Assembly (NCBI GenBank): GCA_049972095.1
Contig: JBMFKQ010000007.1
Span: 1-51,964, forward strand
Source of the DNA: Elusimicrobiales bacterium
GTDB lineage: Bacteria > Elusimicrobiota > Elusimicrobia > Elusimicrobiales > UBA9959
Direction: 5' to 3'
DNA length: 51,964 nt
Shown here: positions 19,540-30,056 of the stretch, piece after piece
Position numbering within the stretch: the first letter of the stretch is position 1
Layout: each line of letters starts with the position of its first letter
Made by a program: the position numbers and the translations under genes
Notes under the pieces: model-generated
Told to the model about the DNA's origin: nothing
Seen by the model: the letters and a program-made list of their open reading frames with translations, nothing else
Database searches by the model: none

Positions 19540-20787
19540 TTATTTAAATGTTTCTTCAAGCGATTCACAAACCATAGATGCAGCATATCTCATATCCTTA
19601 TCGCTGTGTCTATAGCAAACATAGCCATGATGATATGGCTGAAGAAAAACCTTTCTTCTTATAAGCTGCGTGTAAAACTCAACTCTATATTTTTTATATT
19701 TCTCTTGAGGATCCTTTTTAAATGTTATATAAGGCATTAAAGGTGCACCTGAAAATTCAACAGGAAAATCCCTCTTTAAAAGATAACTATTCACGATATT
19801 GGCAAAAATCTCCCCCTTTCTTTTAACCTCATCAAGTATATTATCCCTCTCCATTATTTCTATCGTTTTAAGTGCGGCAACCATGGCAAGTGAGTTTGGA
19901 AAATATGTTGACGAAACAAAAACATTATTTGGTGGAGTTACAACATCCATTATCTCTTTCTTTCCACAAACCATACTAATCTCATATCCGTTTGCCATCG
20001 CCTTTCCAAAACAACCAAGATCAGGTGTAACACCAAATAATCTTTGTGCTCCACCTAAGGAGAATCTAAAACCAGTTCTTATCTCATCAAATATCAAAAC
20101 AGCATTGTATCTATTTGCAATCTCCCTAACTGTTTGAAGATAATTTGACTTTGGCATCTCAACAGGGTGAGCTAATGGGTGCCCTACAGGGGTTATAATT
20201 ATTGCAGCAAGATCATCTTTATACTTTTTAGCAAGATCTTCAAGCTCATCTACATTATTATAATGAAACTCATGAACATCCTCATATAATTTTTGAGGTA
20301 TTCCACCCTTCACCTCAACACACCAATCGTGCCATCCATGATAACCACATCTAAGAACGATTTTTTTACCAGTATAGCCTCTTGCAATTCTTATTGCAAG
20401 TGTTGTTGCATCAGAGCCTGTCTTAACAAAAATAACCATCTCAGCACAAGGAATTATTTCTGTTATTTTTTTTGCAAGTGTATTTTGAATCGGCTGAACC
20501 AAAGACATACAAAAACCTTTTTTTCTTATTTGTTCTATAACAGCATTATCTATCTCACGCTCTCTGTGTCCTATGATTATTGGACCATATGCACAAAGCA
20601 TATCAATATACCAATTACCATCAACATCCTTTACCTTCCCACCTTTTGCCTCCTCAAAAAATATAGGATATTCTCCTGGAACAAAATTATAAGGTCTTCT
20701 AATACCTGCCATCCCACCGGGAATCAGCTTCTGGGCCTCTTCATAAAGTTTAAATGAATCTTCAAGATTTAATCTTTTACTAACCAT
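19540..20787 (-). CDS. kat: Class-III PLP aminotransferase (HemL-like), probable 3-aminobutyryl-CoA aminotransferase
   Basis: FDEIRTGFR, FGKAMANG (PLP Lys); PGGMAGIRRPYNFVPGEYPIF and GYHGWHDW differ from true HemL (PGGVNSPVR, YHGHxD); lies between the kam genes and thiolase; ATG at 20787 after GGGAGG. Confidence 0.75.
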   Translation of the reverse strand: MVSKRLNLEDSFKLYEEAQKLIPGGMAGIRRPYNFVPGEYPIFFEEAKGGKVKDVDGNWYIDMLCAYGPIIIGHREREIDNAVIEQIRKKGFCMSLVQPIQNTLAKKITEIIPCAEMVIFVKTGSDATTLAIRIARGYTGKKIVLRCGYHGWHDWCVEVKGGIPQKLYEDVHEFHYNNVDELEDLAKKYKDDLAAIIITPVGHPLAHPVEMPKSNYLQTVREIANRYNAVLIFDEIRTGFRFSLGGAQRLFGVTPDLGCFGKAMANGYEISMVCGKKEIMDVVTPPNNVFVSSTYFPNSLAMVAALKTIEIMERDNILDEVKRKGEIFANIVNSYLLKRDFPVEFSGAPLMPYITFKKDPQEKYKKYRVEFYTQLIRRKVFLQPYHHGYVCYRHSDKDMRYAASMVCESLEETFK

Positions 20788-20814
20788 TATACCTCCCCAC
20801 TCCAATCTATCATA

Positions 20815-20823
20815 ATTATAACA
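20815..20823 (-). promoter_or_regulatory. Extended -10 promoter (TGTTATAAT) upstream of the aminotransferase-thiolase pair
   Basis: TGn-TATAAT about 27 nt upstream of the ATG. Confidence 0.45.
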
Positions 20824-20933
20824 TTTTTAAAAAGTATATTAATAGCCAGTTTCCCTTTTATTATCTCACTTTATAATTTTACTTCTATTGTGTCATTTTA
20901 ATTGTAGCAGTAAAATCATTATTTGCTTTGTAG

Positions 20934-21225
20934 TTATCTTACTGCTTTTTTATACTCTTCAATCAAAGCCTTTATTTGTGAGTCATCTGGAATATTATTA
21001 AGAAGTGGTATTATTTCATAATCATAATCAGCAAGTTTTTTATTTTCATCAAATCTTAAAATAATCTTTCCCACATGCTAAAAGATTGCCGCCAGATTGG
21101 CATATATTAAGGCATTTCCTTGTTTTAAGAGGTTTTCCTAAAAGCGTCTGTGAATGAACATCTATTATTCGGAATATATCTTTCTGCTAATTTTCTGACT
21201 TCTCCGTTTATGGATAATAAAAATC
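20934..21225 (-). pseudogene. Frameshifted remnant of a 5'-nucleotidase/UshA-like metallophosphoesterase
   Basis: Three successive frames read FLLSINGEVRKLAERY / IDVHSQTLLGKPLK..ICQSGGNL / HVGKIILRFDENKKLADYDYEIIPLLNNIPDDSQIKALIEEYKKAVR*. Confidence 0.6.
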
Positions 21226-21263
21226 ATCTCAAAAGCAAGACACTCGAATTTTCATTTTTAATA

Positions 21264-22028
21264 TTATAATTGTTGTAAACTATTCCCTTTACTTTGCCAA
21301 ATCATCTTCTCGTAAAGTTTTTTCACAATAAATGTTGCAACATCCTCAGCATATGTGCCAGGGCCAAAACCAGCATCAAAACCAAGTTCAAGCGCAAGCT
21401 TGTTATCTATTCTTGGACCTCCAATTATCAGTATAAATCTGTCTCTTATACCCTCTGCCTCAATGAGCTCTATGAAGTTTGTAAGGTTTTTTATATGGGT
21501 ATCTTTTTGTGTTACAACCTGAGATATTAGAATAGCATCTGCATTTACTTTCTTTGCTGTTTCTATGAGTTTTTCATTTGGAAGCTGTGCGCCAAGATTC
21601 ATTGCCTCAATCATTGGATATCTTTCAAGTCCATAGTGATGATTATATCCCTTCATATTCATTATTGCATCTATCCCAACGGTATGCGCATCAAAACCAG
21701 TTGTAGCACCAACGACTACTACCTTTCTTTTTATATTTTTTCTTATAAAATCATTCACCTCATCCATACTCATAGCTTTTTCCACAGCTACTACATACTC
21801 AATAGCATCATAATCTATAGAAACATCAGATTTCACATAGGCTATGAAAAAGGTAAACTCATCACTCAGATAAGCCATATTTACTATACTGACATCCTTA
21901 AAACCAATCTTTTCAAGATATTTTTTTGCACACTCCTTTGCCTTGCCGCCAACAGGAACAGGAAGTGTAAATGATATCTGCATTGCTCCATCATTAATTG
22001 TATCCCCATATGGTCTTACAACCCTCAT
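21264..22028 (-). CDS. kamE: Lysine 5,6-aminomutase beta subunit (B12-binding)
   Basis: RPYGDTINDG, DAHTVGIDAIMNMKG (DxHxxG plus PLP Lys), GFDAGFGPG. Confidence 0.95.
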   Translation of the reverse strand: MRVVRPYGDTINDGAMQISFTLPVPVGGKAKECAKKYLEKIGFKDVSIVNMAYLSDEFTFFIAYVKSDVSIDYDAIEYVVAVEKAMSMDEVNDFIRKNIKRKVVVVGATTGFDAHTVGIDAIMNMKGYNHHYGLERYPMIEAMNLGAQLPNEKLIETAKKVNADAILISQVVTQKDTHIKNLTNFIELIEAEGIRDRFILIIGGPRIDNKLALELGFDAGFGPGTYAEDVATFIVKKLYEKMIWQSKGNSLQQL

Positions 22029-22049
22029 AATTCCCCCTATTTAATTCAT

Positions 22050-23639
22050 TTATGATCTGATACACAATCTTTTTTTAAGATAATCCTCAACAGGATTATA
22101 ATAGTTCTTATCCTTTTCAATAACCCCATCAAGCCCTCTTCCACCATCCCTTTGTCTTTTTATGTCAGCAAACATACCTTTCTCTATTGCTTCAAAAAGT
22201 CCTATCCTTGATATTTCTTCAAGCATTTTTACTGATTCATCAAGAACCTGATGTGCTCTTCTAACTATTATTCCATCCTTTTTAAACGAAATCTCATTTA
22301 GGAAATCAGCTATGTTATTATGAACATACTTAGCATTTTCTATAGCAAGATATCTATCCTGTAGGTATGGTGTATGAATGGCTTCGGTAAGCATACCAAG
22401 AAGCTGTATTGTTTGGTCAGTAGCCTTTGCAACAAAATTAAACATAGTATTCATTGCATAACCTTTAAATATATCCCCTGTCATAAATTTTGTTGGCGGC
22501 ATATACTTTAGTGGATGATTCGGAAATATCTCCCTTGCCATAAGTGCCTGTGCAAACTCAAGTAAAAAACCATTTTTTATTGATGGATCCATCTCAAAGG
22601 CATGACCTAAACCAATCAGCTCTTTTCTGAGCCCTGCTTTAAGTGCAAAGCTTTCGTTTATAAACTGGGATGTTAGAACGGTGTGTGCCTTTTCAACAGC
22701 ATCACTTGTTGTAAGATAATTATCCTCACCTGTGTTTATTATTATCTCACATGAGGCATTTATCATTCTTGAGAAAAATTGATCAGTAAATGTTCTATAC
22801 ATATTTATGTCTCTAAAAAGTATCCCATACATTGAATCATTGAGCATCATATCAAGCCGCTCAATAGCACCCATTGCTGCAATCTCAGGCATACACAAAC
22901 CAGAGCAGTAATTTACAAGTCGTATGTATCTTTTAACTCTCTCACTTACTTCATCAAGCGCTTTTCTCATTATCCTAAAATTCTCCTGAGTTGCATATGT
23001 GCCACCAAAACCCTGAGTTGTTGCACCATAAGGAACATAGTCAAGAAGGCTTTGCGCAGTTGTTCTTATAACAGCAATTATATCCGCACCTTCAAGTGCA
23101 CAAGCCTGTGCCTGCTTTACATCCTCATATATATTTCCAGTTGCAACTATCACATAAATCCAAGGTCTTTTTTCATTTGCTGAAAACTCATTTATTTTTT
23201 TTCTTCTATAATCAACATTTTCATTTAGTTTTTTATCAAGCCTTTTAATTAACTCATCTGCTTTTTTCTCTATTCTTGAGTGATCAACAAGCTCAACCTT
23301 TGATATATCATATCTTCCCTCAGCTATCTCATTATTCAACTCCTCAACACTTTTCCCACTTCTAATAAGTGCACTAAGGTAATATCTTGCAATTCCTTGA
23401 GAAAGCTTATCTTTCAAAGCATCAACGATTATATTTGGAACAGGAACACCATTTTTATCAGCTCCATCAACCCCAAAAAGTCTAAGTGTTGCTCTTTCAA
23501 TGGTAGTTGTTGTGTGAGCATTTATGTATTTAAAGACATCCGATGTTATTTTATCTGCAAGTTTTCTTGCTTTATCAATCTTATTAAGATCAAGAGCAAG
23601 TATTTTTGTTTTCTTTAGTGTTTTTCTTTTTGCCTCCAT
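22050..23639 (-). CDS. kamD: Lysine 5,6-aminomutase alpha subunit
   Basis: YVIVATGNIYED, QSLLDYVPYGAT.GFGGTYATQENF, NTGEDNY; ATG at 23639 after GGAGGAG. Confidence 0.95.
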   Translation of the reverse strand: MEAKRKTLKKTKILALDLNKIDKARKLADKITSDVFKYINAHTTTTIERATLRLFGVDGADKNGVPVPNIIVDALKDKLSQGIARYYLSALIRSGKSVEELNNEIAEGRYDISKVELVDHSRIEKKADELIKRLDKKLNENVDYRRKKINEFSANEKRPWIYVIVATGNIYEDVKQAQACALEGADIIAVIRTTAQSLLDYVPYGATTQGFGGTYATQENFRIMRKALDEVSERVKRYIRLVNYCSGLCMPEIAAMGAIERLDMMLNDSMYGILFRDINMYRTFTDQFFSRMINASCEIIINTGEDNYLTTSDAVEKAHTVLTSQFINESFALKAGLRKELIGLGHAFEMDPSIKNGFLLEFAQALMAREIFPNHPLKYMPPTKFMTGDIFKGYAMNTMFNFVAKATDQTIQLLGMLTEAIHTPYLQDRYLAIENAKYVHNNIADFLNEISFKKDGIIVRRAHQVLDESVKMLEEISRIGLFEAIEKGMFADIKRQRDGGRGLDGVIEKDKNYYNPVEDYLKKRLCIRS

Positions 23640-25206
23640 ATATCTCCTCCAGATATTCTTTTGCTCTACTGCATATAGATCTATCCATTCCAATTATCTG
23701 AGCAATTTCAATGGCATCAGATGATACTATATGACTGTCAGACACCTTTGTAATCTCATAATCCATAAATTTATTGATAAATTTTATCCTTTCAGTTATA
23801 TCCTTTTTCTCAATATCAGCAAACCTTGAATACTTCTCCTTATTAAAACCTTTCATCTTAAGAAACTCAACAGATTGAGCTTTTTTTATACCTGAAAAAT
23901 GAGTTGCAAGAAAAAAATAGATATTCTTCTTATCAGCAAAATAATCAATAAGAGCATTTATAATAGAGATTGCCTCTGAATAATTTGTAGTTTTGCCAAA
24001 CTCATCTGTGACTATGAAAACAGTTCCTTTATCTATTTTTTTAAGTTCCTCAGACATCTCATATATCTCATATGCAAAACTGCTCAAACCCTTCACCTCC
24101 TCACAAGCTACTGGCACTGATATTCTTTCAAAAACAATAGTTATAAACTCATCAGCAGGTACAAAAAAACCACATTGTGCCATATATTGAAGAAGTAATA
24201 GGGTTTTTAGAACAACAGTTTTCCCCCCCATGTTTGAGCCCTGAATTATGTTTATTCTTTTTTCAAAGTTGGAGGTAAGTGGAATATAGTTTATATTCAT
24301 ATCATCAAGCAGTTTTTTAAGCGGAAGATAAACTGCATTTTTTACATATATCCTTGATGTATTAAATTGGGGTCTTTTAAGCTTAAACATCTCAGCTAAA
24401 TCATATGAGGCCATAGCCACATCCAACTCAAGGATCGGTTCTATACATTCAAAAATCTTATCAGATCTTTTTTTTAGCTTAGATATTATGTCTTCAAGAA
24501 CAAAAGATTCTATTTTTTTTATCTCAAAAACTATCTTCTCCCTCTTGCCTAAAAGCTCAATATACTGTTGAGAATATTTTGGCCTTAGAATTATCCTTGT
24601 TGAGTCATATATATCAACTGTAAAAAAATCTGATACATTGCTGGGTATATCTTTTGCCTCTACTATTATAAAATCAGATTTCAAATCAAAACCATAGTTT
24701 TTCTTTACATCATCTCTAAATCTATCTTTAAAAACCTCAATCTCTCTAAATACATCAGTAAGTTCATTTCTTAACCTCTTTAATCTTTCATCGTAGTTTT
24801 CACTTATGTAGAAGTTATCAGATAAACCATCTGGATTTAAATATTTAAAAAGATCTTCCAGCTTCCATTCAAAACCAAAAAAACTTCTTGCTTTTGAAGA
24901 TAAAAGTTTGTATATTGCATAATAGTTATTTATAAATTTTTTAACAAGAAAAACATCAGATATATCCGAAAATGCCTTTGAACTGCTTATATATGTTATA
25001 TTCTTTAAGTGATATTTTATCCTATCATAAGTAAGACGGTTATTTTTTTTAATCTCAGCTACAACTTCTATTGCATCATACTTTCTCTTTATCAGCTTCT
25101 TATCAGTGAAAGGCAGGAGATTTTCTTTATAAGCCTTTCCATAAGGTGTAAGCGGTATAAAATATTTCTTTACAAAGTCAAACTCACAAAAAATTTCAGG
25201 CTTCAT
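23590..25206 (-). CDS. kamC: MutS-like ATPase, probable lysine 5,6-aminomutase reactivase KamC
   Basis: GSNMGGKT, AQCGFFVPA, GLSSFAYE, DEFGKTTN, ATHF; no mismatch-recognition domain; between kamB and kamD. Confidence 0.8.
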   Translation of the reverse strand: MKPEIFCEFDFVKKYFIPLTPYGKAYKENLLPFTDKKLIKRKYDAIEVVAEIKKNNRLTYDRIKYHLKNITYISSSKAFSDISDVFLVKKFINNYYAIYKLLSSKARSFFGFEWKLEDLFKYLNPDGLSDNFYISENYDERLKRLRNELTDVFREIEVFKDRFRDDVKKNYGFDLKSDFIIVEAKDIPSNVSDFFTVDIYDSTRIILRPKYSQQYIELLGKREKIVFEIKKIESFVLEDIISKLKKRSDKIFECIEPILELDVAMASYDLAEMFKLKRPQFNTSRIYVKNAVYLPLKKLLDDMNINYIPLTSNFEKRINIIQGSNMGGKTVVLKTLLLLQYMAQCGFFVPADEFITIVFERISVPVACEEVKGLSSFAYEIYEMSEELKKIDKGTVFIVTDEFGKTTNYSEAISIINALIDYFADKKNIYFFLATHFSGIKKAQSVEFLKMKGFNKEKYSRFADIEKKDITERIKFINKFMDYEITKVSDSHIVSSDAIEIAQIIGMDRSICSRAKEYLEEIYGGKKKNTKENKNTCS

Positions 25207-26065
25207 ATGGATTATATATTATCCTTTTTATGGCAGAAGCTGGAATTCTGGCCTCAAACTCATCTCTTTCTATATCATATAGATTTACAACATATCCGTC
25301 AAGACTAAATGATGAGGCAAAAAATACAGAAAACCTTTTTCTAAAACTCATCCAGTCTGAGAGATTTAAGAAAACCTTTGTAAAATCCATTATAAATATC
25401 TTCTTCACACCTTTAGGAATCTTCTCAAGCCTTTCATATCCAAATATTCCCTTTGTAAACAAAATATCCTGATAAACTACATCACCGACAATATCTTTCA
25501 TAAATTCGTAATTACTTGAATTTACTGGAACTTTAAGAAAATCCTCAAAGAGATTTATTCTCTCAACAACACTGTTTATATTATCAGGTCCAACCCTGCT
25601 AACATAATAGAATGATGCATAAGGAAAGGTCGAAACTTGAGTTATTCTATCAAAAGCACCATCAATAAAAATATATTCTACATAACTCTTGAGTTTTTCA
25701 ATCACCTCAAAAACCTTTGCATTTGAACCAGGTGAAAAGAGTTTTAAACTACAATCATAAAGCGGTCTTATAACAGCAGGCCTTCCACCACCAACATCCT
25801 CTTCAATTATATCCTCAATCACAAATGGAACATTTATCTCATTAAAAAAAAGTGTGTTTGTAACAACAAGCCATCCTTTTTTAACATTTACCTTCGGTTT
25901 ATAAGAAATATTAAGGAAATTATCAGATGATGATGTTACTCCAATACAAGCACAGGCAACCTTCTGCGATGCGTTATAGGTGTTAAGAAGATAATTTAAA
26001 AATGTAGTCTTCCCGCAATTTTTTTCAAAACCAGTTATAAACACCACACTTGTTTGTTTATTCAT
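25196..26065 (-). CDS. kamB: Probable lysine 5,6-aminomutase reactivase subunit KamB
   Basis: P-loop-like GFEKNCGKTT and IDGAFDR motifs; position between kamA and kamC. Confidence 0.7.
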   Translation of the reverse strand: MNKQTSVVFITGFEKNCGKTTFLNYLLNTYNASQKVACACIGVTSSSDNFLNISYKPKVNVKKGWLVVTNTLFFNEINVPFVIEDIIEEDVGGGRPAVIRPLYDCSLKLFSPGSNAKVFEVIEKLKSYVEYIFIDGAFDRITQVSTFPYASFYYVSRVGPDNINSVVERINLFEDFLKVPVNSSNYEFMKDIVGDVVYQDILFTKGIFGYERLEKIPKGVKKIFIMDFTKVFLNLSDWMSFRKRFSVFFASSFSLDGYVVNLYDIERDEFEARIPASAIKRIIYNPYEA

Positions 26066-26090
26066 AAAATTTTGAATTTTAGGAGCTGTA

Positions 26091-27359
26091 CTACTTATTA
26101 TGTCTTTTAGATCTTGAAAGATCTTTTGGCTCTATAGTTAGCATCTCGCCATTCAACAGCTTTGCAATTCCATCAGTGGGTTTATACCTCTCCTCTTTAC
26201 AGTACTGACAACTACATTCTGTTTTTTTGTAGTCATCAGGTTGAGTATAAGCAGTTATAACACCTTCATAGTTTCTTAAAATGACTTTTGTATCCGAGAT
26301 TGAAATAAGGTATTGCGGCATAACAGGAATTTTCCCGCCACCACCAGGAGCATCTACCACAAATGTGGGGACTGCCATACCGGTGGTATGTCCTCTTAAA
26401 TTTTCTATTATCTCAATTCCCCTTGCAACTGATGTTCTAAAATGTCTTATTCCCATAGATAGATCACATTGATATATATAATAGGGTTTTACCCTTATCA
26501 TTAACAGCTCATGCACAAGCCTCTTCATTGTCTGAGGACAATCATTTATACCCCTTAATAAAACGCTTTGATTCCCAAGAGGGATACCAGCATCAGCAAG
26601 CTTTTCACAGGCTATCTTAGCATCAAGGGTTATTTCTTTTGGATGATTGAAGTGAGTATTTAAATATATCGGATGATATTTTTTAAGCATATTAACAAGA
26701 TTATCTGTTATTCTCATTGGCATAACAACAGGCACCCTTGAGCCTATTCTTATTATCTCAACATGCTTAATGCTTCTAATCTCACTTATAATCTTTTCAA
26801 GCATCTCATCACTTAGTACCAATGGATCCCCACCTGATATCAAGACATCACGCACTGTCTCATTTTTTCTTATATAGTCTATAGCCTTTTCTAACTCCTG
26901 CCAGCTTCTATGAAGATCCTCAAAACCCACAAGTCTTCTTCTGGTGCAATGTCTACAGTTCATAGAGCATATATTAGTTACAAGGAAAAGAACTCTGTCA
27001 GGATATCTATGAGTAATTCCAGGCGCGGGTGAATCTACATCCTCGTGTAATGGATCCTTTAAATCCTCAGGATAATATTTTAACTCCTCTACACTTGGCA
27101 CAGCCATCCTTCTTACAGGGCAATTTTTATCCTTTTTATCCATAAGTGCTGCATAGTATGGAGTTATTGACATCCTAAACCTCTGTAAAACCTTTTTAAG
27201 CTCCTGCTCTTCATTTTCATCAATATAGGCAACCTTTTTTAAAGTTTCAACATCTTTTATCGCATTTGAAAGCTGCCATCTATAATCATGCCACTGTTCA
27301 TCAGTCACATCTTTCCATAAAGCTATATCCTTCCAAGTGACTTTTTTAAACTCTTTCAC
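26091..27359 (-). CDS. kamA: L-lysine 2,3-aminomutase (radical SAM)
   Basis: THRYPDR, CSMNCRHCTRRR, DAPGGGGKIP, C-terminal CSCQYC; GTG at 27359 after GGAGG (alternative ATG at 27380). Confidence 0.96.
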   Translation of the reverse strand: MKEFKKVTWKDIALWKDVTDEQWHDYRWQLSNAIKDVETLKKVAYIDENEEQELKKVLQRFRMSITPYYAALMDKKDKNCPVRRMAVPSVEELKYYPEDLKDPLHEDVDSPAPGITHRYPDRVLFLVTNICSMNCRHCTRRRLVGFEDLHRSWQELEKAIDYIRKNETVRDVLISGGDPLVLSDEMLEKIISEIRSIKHVEIIRIGSRVPVVMPMRITDNLVNMLKKYHPIYLNTHFNHPKEITLDAKIACEKLADAGIPLGNQSVLLRGINDCPQTMKRLVHELLMIRVKPYYIYQCDLSMGIRHFRTSVARGIEIIENLRGHTTGMAVPTFVVDAPGGGGKIPVMPQYLISISDTKVILRNYEGVITAYTQPDDYKKTECSCQYCKEERYKPTDGIAKLLNGEMLTIEPKDLSRSKRHNK

Positions 27360-27379
27360 CACTTGACCTCCATATATCA

Positions 27380-28429
27380 TTAGATATAATGCTTTTCAAA
27401 CTCTCTTCTTATTACCTTAGACCTCCTCAATATATCAAGAGCAATCTCACTATGTCCATTTACATAACCATTACCTATAATCATATCAATGTCCTTGCCA
27501 ACACCCTCAGCACCAAGGGCTGCTTTTGTAAAGCTGGTTGCCATAGAAAAGAAATAAACTACACCTCTTTCTCTTGCCATAAGTATTGAAGCCATTTCAG
27601 TATTTGGTATGTTTACGCAGTTTATAACCACATCCGCCATCTTTCCATTTGTTATTTTATGTATCTCTTTATAGCAATCTAATGCATCAGTTGCATCAAG
27701 TCTCAAAACATAATCACACAATCCTAATCTTTTTAATCTCTTAAACCCTTCATCTGAATGTGTTATACCTATAACCTTACCTGTAATACCAGCTCTATTT
27801 TTAGCGCTATAGCAGCATAAAACACCAGATTTCCCGCTTGCACCAATTATAACAACTATATCACCAGGTTTAACAAGCCTATCAGTTTGCGCTGGTGCTC
27901 CTGCAACATCCAGCACAGCAAGTGCAAGACTTTCTGGAATATCCTTTGGAAGCTTGGCATATATTCCACTTTCAAACAATATTGCTTTTGCTTGGACATT
28001 AACCTGTTCAGTGCCTTTTTTTATACTTATTATTCTCTCTATCTTTAAAGGGGTAAGCGAAAGTGAAACAAGCGAGGCTATTTTATCTCCTTCCTTTAGA
28101 TCTATTTTGTCTTTGAGCCTTGGACCTATCCTAAAAACCCTACCAATAAACATACCACCTGAACCAGTTACAGGATTTTGCATTTTCCCTCTCTCATTTA
28201 CTATCTCCATTATCCTTGCCTTTATTTTATCCTCATCATTATTCACTGAATTTTTTATCTGAGTAAAACTAGCAGAATCTATATTTAATACTGAGACATC
28301 AACCATTATCTCATTATCCCACATATGATCCATTGAGTTGTCAAGCTTCAAAGCAGGCTGAGGCAAAACATTTTTAGGCTCAATTACTCTATGACTTCCA
28401 AATGGACATCCATTAGTTCTAATCTCCAT
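27380..28429 (-). CDS. kdd: L-erythro-3,5-diaminohexanoate dehydrogenase
   Basis: GCPFGSHRVIEP, LNIDSASF, GKMQNPVTGSGG, SLVSLSLTPL, LDVAGAPAQ. Confidence 0.93.
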   Translation of the reverse strand: MEIRTNGCPFGSHRVIEPKNVLPQPALKLDNSMDHMWDNEIMVDVSVLNIDSASFTQIKNSVNNDEDKIKARIMEIVNERGKMQNPVTGSGGMFIGRVFRIGPRLKDKIDLKEGDKIASLVSLSLTPLKIERIISIKKGTEQVNVQAKAILFESGIYAKLPKDIPESLALAVLDVAGAPAQTDRLVKPGDIVVIIGASGKSGVLCCYSAKNRAGITGKVIGITHSDEGFKRLKRLGLCDYVLRLDATDALDCYKEIHKITNGKMADVVINCVNIPNTEMASILMARERGVVYFFSMATSFTKAALGAEGVGKDIDMIIGNGYVNGHSEIALDILRRSKVIRREFEKHYI

Positions 28430-28447
28430 AACACCTCCTTATAAAAA

Positions 28448-29263
28448 TTATCTTAAACCAAAAATCTTTCTTACATCTGACGGAGTTGCAACATCAAGTT
28501 GAGCTTCTTTAATTATTCTTACAGCCCTTTCAACAAATTCAGCATTTGAGTTAGCAACAACTCCTTTTGCATAATAAATATTATCCTCAAAACCAACTCT
28601 TATAAACCCACCAAAAGCAATAGCACCATATATAGCGGGCAAATGGGCTTTACCTATACCCATAACAGTAAAATAACTATCATCCGGCAACATATCTATC
28701 ATCTGAGATAAAATCTTTGGGCTATAAGGTAATATACCTGGAACATTTAAAACTAAACCAAAATGGTAAGGGGATTTTATTAAACCTTCTTTGGCAAGAA
28801 ATTTTGCGTTTTCTATATGAGAATAATCAAAGCATTCAAGTGTAGGTTTAACCCGATATCTATTCATTTCGCTTGCAAACATCTTCATTATAGGAATAGT
28901 ATTTATAATATAATCATCTCCAAAATTTACTGTCCCACAATCAAGCGATGCCATATCAGGCTCTAAACTTAGAGGTTTCATTCTTTCTTCGGGGGTCATA
29001 CCTACTGCACCCCCTGTTGTAATTTCAATTACAATATCACATTTTTTCCTTATCAGCTCAATTGTTTTTTTAAAAACCTCTACATCCTGTGTAGGAGTCC
29101 CATCCTCATTTCTTACATGCAGATGAACTATTGAGGCTCCTTGAAGATAGGATTTATAAGTTTCTTCAGCTATCTCCTCCGGTGTAATTGGGAGATTTGG
29201 ACATTTTTCTCTGGTAGTTTCAGCACCTGTAATTGCAACTGTTATAGCTATTTTAAAACTCAT
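28448..29263 (-). CDS. kce: 3-keto-5-aminohexanoate cleavage enzyme
   Basis: ITGAE, GASIVHLHVR, STGG-like TTGGAVG, RVGFEDN. Confidence 0.92.
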   Translation of the reverse strand: MSFKIAITVAITGAETTREKCPNLPITPEEIAEETYKSYLQGASIVHLHVRNEDGTPTQDVEVFKKTIELIRKKCDIVIEITTGGAVGMTPEERMKPLSLEPDMASLDCGTVNFGDDYIINTIPIMKMFASEMNRYRVKPTLECFDYSHIENAKFLAKEGLIKSPYHFGLVLNVPGILPYSPKILSQMIDMLPDDSYFTVMGIGKAHLPAIYGAIAFGGFIRVGFEDNIYYAKGVVANSNAEFVERAVRIIKEAQLDVATPSDVRKIFGLR

Positions 29264-29277
29264 ATACCACCCCTAAA

Positions 29278-30042
29278 CTATTTTTTCCCAAGGACAAGTC
29301 CATCTGGATCTATTTCTCTAAGTATCTTCAATGACTCTTGGTCAGGCTCAGGTGAAACAGAAAGATTGCTATGTATAATTATATCCATTGATGAGTTTGC
29401 CTTTATATCCTCAACAGTTACCCCAGGATGAAGTGAGATCAATCGTATGCGTTTTGTCTCTTGCTCAAAATCGTAAACCCCAAGCTGAGTTATAACTCTA
29501 TAGGGACCACCCTCAGGCAATCCCGCTTTCTTCCTACCATCAGGACCATCTATATATCCAGGGGTTGTTATAAAATTGAGCTTATCAACAAATTTATCCT
29601 TATCTTGTTTCATAATAATTATTGTTCTAAAACAAAACGAACCTATATCGTTTGCTCCACCAGATCCAGGTAATCTGACTTTTGGTTTATCCCAATCACC
29701 TATCACAGTAGTATTAATATTACCATATTTATCAATCATAGCTGCCCCAAGAAATCCATAATCAATATATCCACTTTGAGCCTGACTCATAACATCATGC
29801 ATACTTGATGCAGCAACTGCCTTATAAAATGTTCTTGAATCACCAACTGATATAGGAAGAACTGGCGATTTTGGACCAACACCACCAGCTTCAAATATAA
29901 TCAAAAGATTGGGGGCAAAGCTTCTTTGAGCAAGCATCGCACTTATCATAGGAAGCCCAGTTCCAACAAAAACACTTTTCCCATCTTCAAGGGTTCTGCT
30001 GGCAATATAAGCTAAAAGCTCAGTTGGTGTATAGTATGACAT
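29278..30042 (-). CDS. Family I CoA-transferase beta subunit (GctB-like)
   Basis: VFVGTGLP, IFEAG (catalytic Glu), IDKYGNINTT, RLPGSGGAND. Confidence 0.9.
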   Translation of the reverse strand: MSYYTPTELLAYIASRTLEDGKSVFVGTGLPMISAMLAQRSFAPNLLIIFEAGGVGPKSPVLPISVGDSRTFYKAVAASSMHDVMSQAQSGYIDYGFLGAAMIDKYGNINTTVIGDWDKPKVRLPGSGGANDIGSFCFRTIIIMKQDKDKFVDKLNFITTPGYIDGPDGRKKAGLPEGGPYRVITQLGVYDFEQETKRIRLISLHPGVTVEDIKANSSMDIIIHSNLSVSPEPDQESLKILREIDPDGLVLGKK

Positions 30043-30056
30043 ATAATCCCCCTAAA

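Noticed and set aside
19540..20787. hemL (glutamate-1-semialdehyde aminomutase) call
   Set aside because: HemL signature segments are absent and there are no tetrapyrrole genes nearby; the context favours Kat
23590..25206. DNA mismatch repair MutS/MutS2
   Set aside because: Too short, with no mismatch-binding or Smr domain, and embedded in the kam operon
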